A stretch of DNA of 64,000 bases from Rubrobacteraceae bacterium. Lineage in GTDB: Bacteria; Actinomycetota; Rubrobacteria; Rubrobacterales; Rubrobacteraceae. The notes beneath the pieces were generated by a model. The model was given only the letters and a program-made list of their open reading frames with translations. It was not told where the DNA came from and did not search any database. Position 1 is the stretch's first letter; every line of letters begins with the position of its first letter. The stretch spans positions 1,563 through 65,562 of the forward strand of contig DATHTK010000023.1 in the NCBI GenBank assembly GCA_035463295.1. Direction: 5' to 3'. Below are positions 1 through 8,552 of this stretch, one piece after another. A program made the translations under genes and the position numbers.

Positions 1-892
1 GGCGAGCAACTCAGGAGGCGTGGACCAGCTGCTGCGAGGTGAGATCCAGGAGTACGTCACCGAAAAGAGGTACCTGCGCAAGGACGGAGGGATCGTATGG
101 GCCCAGCTTGCCGTTGCTCTAGTACGCGACAGGGACGGTCGGCCACTGCACTCCGTCGCCATCACGCAGGACATCACCGAGCGCAAGCGTGTCGAGGAGG
201 CGCTTGCGCGGGAGGTACAGGCGAAGAGCAGCTTTCTGGCCGACATATCCCATGAGCTTAGGACGCCCCTGACCGTTATCCAGGGCAACGCCGAGGTCGG
301 TCTAGAGCTTGGGCGCGACTGTGAGCACGGAGAGATCCTGGAGGAGATAGCGAGAGAGTCGGGCTCAATATCACGGATGGTCGAGGACCTGCTGTTCCTT
401 GCCCGTTCGGACTCGGACTCGCTGCCACTGGACCGGCAGAATGTCTCCGTCGAGCAGCTCCTTGGTGGCTTGGCGAGACGGGTCGAGGCCTTAGCCCGCA
501 AGCACGGAGCCGCTTTGCGTAGCACGTTGAGCGGTGAGGGGCACTTGAGGTGCGACGCGCAGCGCATCGAGCAGGCAGCACTCATCCTGGTTGAAAACGC
601 GGCCAAGTACGGTCCGCCGGGAGAGCCGATAACCCTCTGTTCCTCGACGCGTCAAGGCGAACTACTGATGGAGGTCGCCGACCGAGGCCCCGGCATCCCC
701 CAGGAAGTGTTGCCGCACATCTTCGAGCGCTTCTACCGCGGCGAGGACCCGCCAGAGGAGCAAGGTTCGGGGCTGGGGCTAGCCATCGCCAAGACCATAG
801 CCGAAGCCCACGGCGGGAGTGTGGAGATCGAGAGCCACCCCGGCGAGGGGACACGGATGTCTCTCCATCTACCTCTGATCGGCGGCCCTTAG
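1..892 (+). CDS. Sensor histidine kinase, 5'-partial (end of PAS domain + HisKA + HATPase_c)
   Basis: The frame is open to the window edge. PAS-like RYLRKDGGIVWAQ...ITQDITERKR, H-box SHELRTPL, and ATP-binding motifs ENAAKYG, DRGPGIP, GSGLGLAIAK. Confidence 0.9.
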   Translation, partial: ASNSGGVDQLLRGEIQEYVTEKRYLRKDGGIVWAQLAVALVRDRDGRPLHSVAITQDITERKRVEEALAREVQAKSSFLADISHELRTPLTVIQGNAEVGLELGRDCEHGEILEEIARESGSISRMVEDLLFLARSDSDSLPLDRQNVSVEQLLGGLARRVEALARKHGAALRSTLSGEGHLRCDAQRIEQAALILVENAAKYGPPGEPITLCSSTRQGELLMEVADRGPGIPQEVLPHIFERFYRGEDPPEEQGSGLGLAIAKTIAEAHGGSVEIESHPGEGTRMSLHLPLIGGP

Positions 893-1458
893 TCGGCGGG
901 CGGTGAAACGCTCAGGCGTGACGCCCGTCCTTGGGGCTTTCGGTATAGGCCGAGGCGTTCGGGATGGAATGGGTTGCCCGGCCCGGAGAAGGTACGGCGC
1001 CTGGTAGTTATGGGAACCCCCTTCTTCGTCTCCAGGTATCGTTGGCACCTATTTGCGAGGATCTGACGTGTATTGGGCTTGGGCGAACTCTTCATGTACA
1101 CGATGAACTGGCCGTTATTCTAACCTCTCGATGCGTCTGGCGTCGCGCAAGCCAAGCAGGGAGCAGATTCGCTGCCTCTAAGCTAACCTTACCCCAGAGA
1201 CAAAGCGTATGATCTTGCGCATCTACCGGACCGCGGACCAAGAGGAGTCCGATCCCACCACTCGTCGGTCAATATTTCTCGTGCCATACCTCAAGGCTAT
1301 CACCTTTGAAAACAGACCCTAGTCCTACAGCGACTCTTATTTGACCTCCATGTTTCCCTGCTGCTCCCTCCTCTAAAGTGCTGTCCGGCCTCTTTGCCTA
1401 CAACCGACAGTCCATCGTATATTTCGCTCGCACATGGAGATGCGAAGGGAGGAAGGCC

Positions 1459-2295
1459 GTGAACAGCTGGACATTGGGTGAGGAATATTTGACCTGGGGC
1501 GGTACGGTACGCTACGCAACCTTCGGGCAAGGCCCACCGATCGTACTCGTCCACGGCACCCCCTTCTCCTCTTACGTCTGGCGCAAGGTCGCCCCGGCTT
1601 TAGCGCAGACCAGCAGCGTCTATGTTTTCGACCTGTTGGGCTACGGATCCTCCGAAAAACGCAAGAACCAAGATGTCTCTTTGGCTGCTCAGAGCAGGAT
1701 ACTGGCCGAGCTGTTGGATCACTGGGAACTCAGGAACCCTAATGTCGTAGGCCACGATTTCGGCGGCGCGATAGTGTTAAGGACTCACCTGCTAGAGGGT
1801 CGAGATTTCGGCGCTATAGCTCTGATCGATGCGGTGGCGCTCTCTCCTTGGGGATCACCCTTCTACCGGCTCGTGCAGGAGTACAGCGGTGTTTTCAGGC
1901 AGCTTCCCGCGTATATACACAAGGCAATGGCGGCAGCCTACGTGCGGGACGCTACCTACCACCCCATGGACGATAACACGATGGAGCCTTACCTTAAGCC
2001 CTGGCTGGGGGCAGAAGGCCAAGATGCCTTCTACCGTCAGATCTCTCAGAACGACCAACGTTACACCGACGAGATTGAGCATCGCTACGGTGAGATCGAG
2101 CGTCCCGTGCTTATACTATGGGGCGAGGAAGACAGGTGGATACCTCCTTCCATGGGCGAACAACTCCATAAGGCCATTCCCGCTTCAGAGTTGCGAACGA
2201 TCCCTCGATGCGCCCACCTGGCACAGGAAGATGCGCCTGAGACGGTGATCGAACATCTCAGGGAGTTCTTCTCAAGCCATGCCCTCGACTCCTAG
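1459..2295 (+). CDS. Alpha/beta-fold hydrolase (haloalkane dehalogenase / epoxide hydrolase-like)
   Basis: HGTPFSSYVWRK (HGxP oxyanion motif), nucleophile elbow GHDFGG, C-terminal CAHLAQED. The ORF opens at 1378, but GTG 1459 sits 6 nt behind GGGAGGAAGG. Confidence 0.8.
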   Translation: MNSWTLGEEYLTWGGTVRYATFGQGPPIVLVHGTPFSSYVWRKVAPALAQTSSVYVFDLLGYGSSEKRKNQDVSLAAQSRILAELLDHWELRNPNVVGHDFGGAIVLRTHLLEGRDFGAIALIDAVALSPWGSPFYRLVQEYSGVFRQLPAYIHKAMAAAYVRDATYHPMDDNTMEPYLKPWLGAEGQDAFYRQISQNDQRYTDEIEHRYGEIERPVLILWGEEDRWIPPSMGEQLHKAIPASELRTIPRCAHLAQEDAPETVIEHLREFFSSHALDS

Positions 2296-2628
2296 ACACC
2301 CTGCGCGAGCATGCGGCATGGTCGAGAGTCTCGAACTTCTGCAGGGCTGGAAACCCGTACTCACCCCAGGCAGCACCCAAGAGTGTCATGAGGGCTCATG
2401 CTTAATAGACTAGGTGTCGCTGTAGGACTAGAGAAACCGTCTGGAAAGTGCTCAGCGAGCGTGATGGTAGCTTACGCTAAGCTGCATGGAGAGCAGGAGT
2501 ACCCTACGGATCTGTCGCCAGAATTCATCGCGGATTCATCGGCGCCCGATATAAGGTGATCCTGTCCGCCGGCGCGCACTCGAGGCGCCCGGCTGCTTTC
2601 GAGGTGAACCTCGAGTAAGGAGGAGCGT

Positions 2629-3129
2629 GTGAAGCGTCTAATTCTTGTATTGGCGTCGATCGGGATAGCGATGTCCTTGGCTTGCGGGGTGGCCGTGGCG
2701 GCTTCCTTCGTGGGCGATGCAGGCCCGAACACGATATTGGGCACCTCGGCGTCCGACAGCATAGTCGGTTTGGGTGGCGACGACGCCCTCCACGGGGAAG
2801 GCTCCTCCGACGCGGTCTACGGCGGCGACGGTGACGATTTAATCCGGGGCGGTTCCGGCAACGACAACCCGGGCTTCGACATCGGCCCCGGGGTCAAGGG
2901 CCTCTACGGCGGCTTCGGCGACGACCGGGTCGAGGGCAACGGCGGTAAGGACCTGATCGTGGGCGGGGCAGGGGGCGACCTCCTCCTCGGCGGCTCTGGC
3001 GACGACCGGATCGGTGATCCCGGATCGGGGTCCCTCGACCGAATCTCTTGCGGGGCCGGCGTCGACTTCGTGGAGGCCAGCCCGGGCGATCTCGTGGCTT
3101 CCGACTGCGAGATGGTGAACCGCTCCTAG
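2629..3129 (+). CDS. Secreted hemolysin-type (RTX) calcium-binding repeat protein
   Basis: N-terminal signal peptide MKRLILVLASIGIAMSLACGVAVAA. Repeated GGxGxD nonapeptides (GLGGDDALHG, YGGDGDDLIRGGSGND, VGGAGGDLLLGGSGDDRI). SD GGAGG upstream of the GTG start. Confidence 0.85.
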   Translation: MKRLILVLASIGIAMSLACGVAVAASFVGDAGPNTILGTSASDSIVGLGGDDALHGEGSSDAVYGGDGDDLIRGGSGNDNPGFDIGPGVKGLYGGFGDDRVEGNGGKDLIVGGAGGDLLLGGSGDDRIGDPGSGSLDRISCGAGVDFVEASPGDLVASDCEMVNRS

Positions 3130-3135
3130 GTGGCT

Positions 3136-3480
3136 CTAGGTGTTGAGGGAGATCGCGATGTTCGAGTACCCTAGCATCTCTGAGGCAATCTTTGGGTGGA
3201 CGTCCTTCGTGAGCGAGAGCGCGGTGCATAGTGATGCTGCCTTTCCCGCCCTCGCCTCCTCGCGGGCTTAGCAGCTCGACTGGCCGTCTCTCATCTGAGC
3301 CGCAACACGCACCCTCCGCTGCTCATATGGCCACAGATTTGCGGTAGAGGTGCAAATCCAAGATGGTAGATCTTGTCGGTGTGAAGCCGGCGTGTAAGGT
3401 GAAGCTCTGTGAGCCGGCCTTGATCGCATGTGGGGTCAGGGAGAGAGACCTTCGCCGAGATGTACACCGTTCGCCCGTAG
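3136..3480 (-). pseudogene. Tyrosine recombinase (phage-type integrase) remnant, frameshifted and shortened
   Basis: The minus-strand frame 3267->3136 reads ...AASLCTALSLTKDVHPKIASEMLGYSNIAISLNT*. This matches the integrase C-terminal box (RHxxAT...G....i.e.LGH..i..T...Y) with LGH->LGY and a stop just before the catalytic Tyr. A different frame further 5' (about 3440) reads GRLTELHLTRR, resembling the GLRxxEL arginine box. Confidence 0.5.
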
Positions 3481-4897
3481 AGCCACCGTACGGGTATGTC
3501 CTATAGTAAGCTTCAACCAGGCCGTTGCCGATACCCCTCGGCGAAGCGGCCCGCGGAGCGCCTCCTCACCCTAGCGGCTGGTGCAGTATCTCTTTTCTCT
3601 AAGTTCTCGCTAGTTCGATGCGTCGGAAACCGTCGTTTGCGACGAGAACACGCAGTGTGATCTCGGATGATTTTGTACTTCGAGAGTATGACCAACTCTG
3701 TCGTCTGGAAGTGCCACGACACCTTACTTCCTGACCGTTTAGTCGCTGATTCCTTCGCCACGTGGACTCTGAATCTAGATGACCTTAGGATCCAAGTTCT
3801 TGCAGGTCCTCATTAGCACAGTCAGACTGTTACTGGCCTCTTCCATGATGCGTGACCAGCGTGGGCCTTGCTTAGGAAGTACGAGCGTCAGGCAAGATAA
3901 GATGACGAGAGAAGGGTCGTACAATCAGGAGGCAATAAGAGTCCCAATGAACATGGCGGACCTGTCGGGGACGCTCCCAACGGATCGAACCGCGCACGGT
4001 AACGAACAGCAGCGTACGGAAGCATTCTTGACTGGGTTCGAGTCTGGAGACCCAGATGAGTGCAAGTACCTTCTTCGCCGATGGGGCTGATTGCGAAGCA
4101 CTGCTTCATGATGCGCTGCTCTCCTTCTTGCCTGGAACTAACGTCTTGTTATTGCTTGTTGCTCTACCCTGGGCATTTATGAAGGCGTCTCAAACCGATG
4201 CCGCTCTCTTCTAGGACGGACGTCCTATTCGGTCTTTTCTACGCCGCAAGAGCCAATATGCGGATGTTTGACGGAAGTGGTGGCCGCTTATGGGGTCCCT
4301 CCAAACTAGCGTTCCGTCTTGTTGCTCCTCCGCGCGCCAGCCTGCGGCTCGGAGTTCGCGTTGCTGCTTGTCAGCGATACTTTTTTCCACCATGGCTGCA
4401 TCTCTCACTTTGCCGCTCCAACCGGCGAGAAGGCTAGGCCCCTTCCCATTTGTCGGCACGCGCTCTCAGCGGCTTTACATCACCCGGACCAAGGCTTTGC
4501 TTTCTCCATCTATGGTCGGCGAAATACACGGCAGGGCGCGTAGATTGGCTCAATCACAAAGGAGGGAGCTTGCGAGCAGATTACGCAGTGAGCGATAGGT
4601 GGCGAGGGAGTCGCGCGTGGACTCCCAAGAGGTGGCACGCCTCCTCGCGTGAGAAGCGGAATGACCGACCTTCCTCCATGAGGACCTGCTCGCAGCCCGC
4701 AATCGTACAAAGAGCGCGCTTGTGGCTCTTGAAGAGGACGGTGCCACGGCCACAAAGCGGCAACTTGCCGAGGCACAGAGGGCAATAGAGGTGGCCAGTA
4801 TGAGTACGCAGCTGCCGGAGGAGATCTACTTTCGGCGTATTCCTCGCTCAGCTGCGGCGAAGATCTTCAAGGGCAGGCTCAGCGAAGACACTTTAGC

Positions 4898-5167
4898 CAT
4901 CTACCTGGGTGGCTAGATCCTTCTCAGCAGCACAAACCCCGATACGATCAATCCAGAGGCCGCGGAAGCGTGCTTCTCGCCGTGCTGCTGCACGCCTCGA
5001 CCAATCTGTTCGCCGTGTCGCCCGTGGTAGCCGAGGCCGGGGGCATTGCGCTCCCCCTGCTCGCGGCGGTGGCAAAATGGGTGCTGGTAGCCGTGATCGT
5101 GGTGTTGGCCGGGCCGGGCCTTGCGCACGGCTTGCGGCCAGAGGCTTTGCCAAGAACCGTAACCTAG
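4898..5167 (+). pseudogene. C-terminal remnant of a CPBP (CAAX/Abi-type) intramembrane protease
   Basis: The frame reads ...GSVLLAVLLHASTNLFAV... (the last conserved His-x-x-x-Asn helix of the CPBP family) followed by one more TM segment. The upstream catalytic EExxxR region is missing and there is no plausible full-length ORF. Confidence 0.45.
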
Positions 5168-5241
5168 AGTGCCCAGCCCCTATTCACTAACGTGCTCAGT
5201 AACGGGGTTCTACGAAGTCTGGGGGACTTTATCAGTGTCTC

Positions 5242-5997
5242 CTACTTGCGCCGTCCAAGCCGGAATGCCCTGGCCGACGCCGTGGCCAGGACCGCCGTAG
5301 CCCCCACCGCGGTACCCACGCGGGCCGTAACGGTGCGTCTCTCGTCGGCCGCAGTGGTGAGCAGACCCCACGCCGAAGATGCCGCGAGAGGGAGGTAGCC
5401 GCCTCGGCTCCGCCCTACGGCGGCGGCAAGCACACCGGTAGCACCGAGGGCCGCCAGAGTCGCACCCACGACGCTCGTTTTGGAGGTCGCGTCCGCCCCC
5501 AGGAGCTGGGTGCCGGCGGACAGATTCACGGTGGCGGCGAGGCCGGTCCAGCCGAGCAGGAGGCCGGTGCTGACCGAGGCGATGCTCTCTTTGTCGGACG
5601 GGATGCTCTGGATGCGCCGGTAGGCGACCCCGGTGAGGGCGACCGCAGCGGGCAGCAGAGCTGGGGTGTAGCCGAAGCGGTCCGACTGCGCCGCCACCGA
5701 CCAGGCGGTGTTGAGGGCGTAGGCGCCGGCCAGGGGCCAACCGGTCTTGCGGTTCTCCGGTAAGCGCGAGCGGCCCGTCAGGGCGGCTTGCGCCGCGTTA
5801 GCGACGATGCCGGCGAAGATCGGCGCCCACACGGCGAACGCGTACCCGGGTGGCGTGATCGCGGTGTCGTAGCGTTCGACGTTCTCCCGGGTCTTCAGCA
5901 CCAGCGGCCCGAGTGTGGGGACGCTCACCACGGCCGCCGCGGTGGTCCCCAGGGCGATCGACCGAGCAAGGTCGGAGGTGCGGCGGTCGGTCGGCAT
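5242..5997 (-). CDS. Polytopic membrane protein of uncertain function (weak resemblance to TspO/MBR-like Trp-rich proteins)
   Basis: Multiple hydrophobic segments and the motif PPGYAFAVWAPIFAG. ATG 5997 is preceded by GAGGAG at 9 nt. The longer ORF to 6105 has a non-membrane, poorly coding N-terminus. Confidence 0.55.
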   Translation of the reverse strand: MPTDRRTSDLARSIALGTTAAAVVSVPTLGPLVLKTRENVERYDTAITPPGYAFAVWAPIFAGIVANAAQAALTGRSRLPENRKTGWPLAGAYALNTAWSVAAQSDRFGYTPALLPAAVALTGVAYRRIQSIPSDKESIASVSTGLLLGWTGLAATVNLSAGTQLLGADATSKTSVVGATLAALGATGVLAAAVGRSRGGYLPLAASSAWGLLTTAADERRTVTARVGTAVGATAVLATASARAFRLGRRK

Positions 5998-6439
5998 GGC
6001 TCCACGCTCCTCGGTGTCGCTCGATACTGAAACGATGCTAGCATGAACGGTATGCCCCAGCCGAGCCGTGGCCACGGCCGCGGTCGGCTGCCCGTAGGGG
6101 GCCATCCACGCACGAAGCGTCTAGCGTTGGGCCCGGGGCTCTTGGTAGCTTCGGCCCTTCTGATCGCCTTTATTCACCCAACCTTCCGACTTGTTTAACT
6201 CTGGTCAGGAGCTTAGTGGTCTGCAGCCGCTAAGCTTCTAGGGCGCCGGTTATGGGGATCGCTCGCCAACCTCCTGCCGCTCTTCTACAGGGTTGGCTTG
6301 TTCTAGGCCTGCGACCCACCGGCGTCCGGCGAGCGGGGTGACTCAACAGAGGCGTGGATCACGGACTCAAAGTCGGATTGTCCTCCGCGCGCCACGACGA
6401 TGGTGGTGTTGGTAGCGAGCGCGAAGGAGGTCGCCAGAC

Positions 6440-7489
6440 ATGGAGGTAGTGATCGGCGTAGATCCCCACAAGGCAACGAACGTCGTCGCGGGGATCGACG
6501 AGCAAGGAGAATTGGTCGGGCAGGAGACTTTCCCGGCAAACCGGAAAGGACTACGGGCCCTACAGCGGTGGGCCAAACGCTTCCCGGAGCGCCGCTGGGC
6601 GGTGGAGGGCGCATGTGGTATCGGACGTCCGCTGGCACAGAAGCTCCTGGCTGCAGGCGAAAGCGTGGTCGACGTCCCGCCCAAGCTCTCGGCAAGGGTG
6701 AGGGTGCTCTCAACCGGCAACGCCCGAAAGAACGATGCGCTGGACGCTACCTTCACCGCCCTCGCCGCTCTTCGAAATGATCGGCTGAGTTCGGTCCAAC
6801 CTGAGAACGGTCCGCAAGGCCATGCCGAGATTTTGAGGCTACTAACCGAGAGGCGCGAGGACCTGCTCTGCGAACGTACCCGCGCCCTGAACCGCCTCCA
6901 CGTCCTGCTGCGAGACCTCCTCTCCGATCCTGTCAGGAAGCAACTCTCTACCAATGCTGCTGCCAAATTGTTGCGCCGTGCCAGACCCGAGCATCCGGCG
7001 GGACGACTCCGCAGACAGCTGGCCGTCGAGGTGGTACGAGATGTGCGCGCCTTGGACCGGCGGATAGCGGAACTCGACGAGCGTATCGGAGGGGAAGTAG
7101 AATCTTCCGGCACCATGCTCACCGAGATTTTCGGCGTCGGCCCAATCCTGGCCGCGAAGATCGTGGGAATAGTCGGCGACGTTTCGCGCTTCCCGAGCAA
7201 GGCTCACTTCGCTTCCTATGCAGGCGTGGCGCCGATTGAAGCTTCCAGCGGCGAGGTGGTCAGGCACAGGCTCTCGCTTGCCGGGAACCGCAAGCTCAAC
7301 CAGGTCATACACATGATTGCGGTGTGCCAGGCTCGCAGCGATCCTCGCGGCGGGGCGTATCATCGGAAGAAGCTAGCGGAGGGCAAGACCCGTAGGGAAG
7401 CGATGCGCTGCCTCAAGCGGCGCATCTCGGACATGGTGTTTAGGATACTGGTCGCGGATTCGCAGCTCGCTTCGCAAATGGTCTCTTGA
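6440..7489 (+). CDS. IS110-family transposase (DEDD N-terminal domain + Transposase_20 C-terminal domain)
   Basis: Typical N-terminus MEVVIGVDPHKATNVVAGIDEQGE, and a C-terminal FGVGPILAAKIVGIVGDVSRFPSKAHFASYAGVAPIEASSG...RLSLAGNRKLN. SD GAAGGAGG upstream. Confidence 0.93.
   Translation: MEVVIGVDPHKATNVVAGIDEQGELVGQETFPANRKGLRALQRWAKRFPERRWAVEGACGIGRPLAQKLLAAGESVVDVPPKLSARVRVLSTGNARKNDALDATFTALAALRNDRLSSVQPENGPQGHAEILRLLTERREDLLCERTRALNRLHVLLRDLLSDPVRKQLSTNAAAKLLRRARPEHPAGRLRRQLAVEVVRDVRALDRRIAELDERIGGEVESSGTMLTEIFGVGPILAAKIVGIVGDVSRFPSKAHFASYAGVAPIEASSGEVVRHRLSLAGNRKLNQVIHMIAVCQARSDPRGGAYHRKKLAEGKTRREAMRCLKRRISDMVFRILVADSQLASQMVS
6440..7489 (+). mobile_element. IS110-family insertion sequence (minimal extent = transposase ORF; true ends not determinable from one copy)
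   Basis: The transposase ORF is intact. IS110 elements generally lack clear terminal inverted repeats, so I did not call boundaries. Confidence 0.7.
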
Positions 7490-7910
7490 CACAGAGGAGC
7501 CTAGAAGACGAGTTCTCAGAAGTCTATATCGAGGATCTTGCATAGATCGGCCCGCCGGCCACCATGTGACCGCGGTAAGCCCTATCGTCTCCACGTGGCC
7601 GCCCACAATACGTAGCGGTGCCTCATGAACATTCACCAGAGTGCATAGGTGCGCTTGCCCGATCGCTAAGCCCTTGCCGACTCTAACTGCTGGGCACCGT
7701 CCCGCGTGAGCAGGACGCGGAATACCAGCTTGAGCGACGTGAATACTTGCACATTTCAACCGAGACACTGGTGGCACTCGAGAGCAGATCGAGGCCTCAC
7801 GGCGGATACTCGCGTTGTCGCGCGATGTCGGCTTCTAGTTCCGGGCCCGGTGGCCGGAGGTAGACGCGCGAGGAGCTCTACGAGGAGAGGCTAGGGCGGT
7901 ATCCGAAGCG

Positions 7911-8150
7911 GTGAGCCGCTCCTTCTTCGACACCAACGTGCTGGTCTGCCTCTTCGACAACCACGACCCCGAGAAGAAGATCGGAGCCCAGCGAGTCTTC
8001 GCCGAGGAGTCGGAGGGAGGTCGCGCCGTTCTGGGCATGCAGGTCCTGCAGGAGTACTGCTGGGCCGTGACGCGCAAACTGGAGAGTCCGCTATCTGAGG
8101 AGATGGCGGAGCAAAGGGTGCGCGACTTCTGCGTTCGCGAGGTCCCATAG
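7911..8150 (+). pseudogene. PIN-domain (VapC-type) toxin, truncated after about 79 codons
   Basis: N-terminus SFFDTNVLVCLFD (first acidic PIN motif). The ORF stops at about 60% of normal PIN length and downstream frames are broken. The upstream frame ends in a GTGA stop/start overlap with this gene but carries an in-frame TAG at 7861. Confidence 0.55.
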
Positions 8151-8552
8151 CGGTGAGGCCATTGAATGCACCTGCACCTTCCTGTGTCAACACGATCTCA
8201 CCACCAGCACGTTGACGCCCCGGCGCGCCCGCCGCCGTGGAGAAGGGCCCATGCGGTAGCCCGCGACACCGCGACCGGCCGGGCTTGCCGCCGGACACGT
8301 TTTCGGTCAGAATCCCTTGCTGGAGGAGTCCGAGGAGGGGTGAACCAACCTGATGCGTGACCGCGGAGCACCGGCCTTTCGGTCGTGTGACGGAGTACTG
8401 GAATCGGGAGGGGCCGGTCGCGGTGTCGCACTAGTGGTGTCGATAGATGCTATGACCAGGTTCCTGTCCTGGTGTGCTGTTATCGGGGTTGATCTGTTGG
8501 TCTTTCCGCAGAAACCGCTGCTCGCCGCCGCAAGCCACACCAGGCAGACGCC

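Noticed and set aside
889-1377. A 485-bp gap between the kinase and the hydrolase with small ORFs (889-1101 minus, 964-1212 plus). I looked here for a response regulator or an RNA gene.
   Set aside because: No receiver-domain motifs, no tRNA-like or other structured-RNA signatures that I can recognise, and the translations are of poor quality.
3470-3505. Hairpin CCCGTA-n9-TACGGG followed by CCTAT, superficially like a group II intron domain V/VI end.
   Set aside because: There is no reverse-transcriptase ORF, no GUGYG 5' end and no other intron domains. The hairpin is short, and the region is better explained as integrase-gene debris.
3888-4109. Minus-strand 73-aa ORF starting MKQCFAISPIGEEG. 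The N-terminus is vaguely reminiscent of a class of small nucleotide-processing or TIR-like proteins.
   Set aside because: After about 15 residues the translation becomes low-quality in every frame and there is no SD. It lies in the decayed island, so at best it is another unrecognisable remnant.
4211-4459. Minus-strand 82-aa ORF (…GWRAEEQQDGTLVWRDPISGHHFRQTSAYWLLRR).
   Set aside because: The composition is plausible, but there is no recognisable domain, the SD is weak, it overlaps several equally long ORFs in other frames, and it lies in the degraded region.
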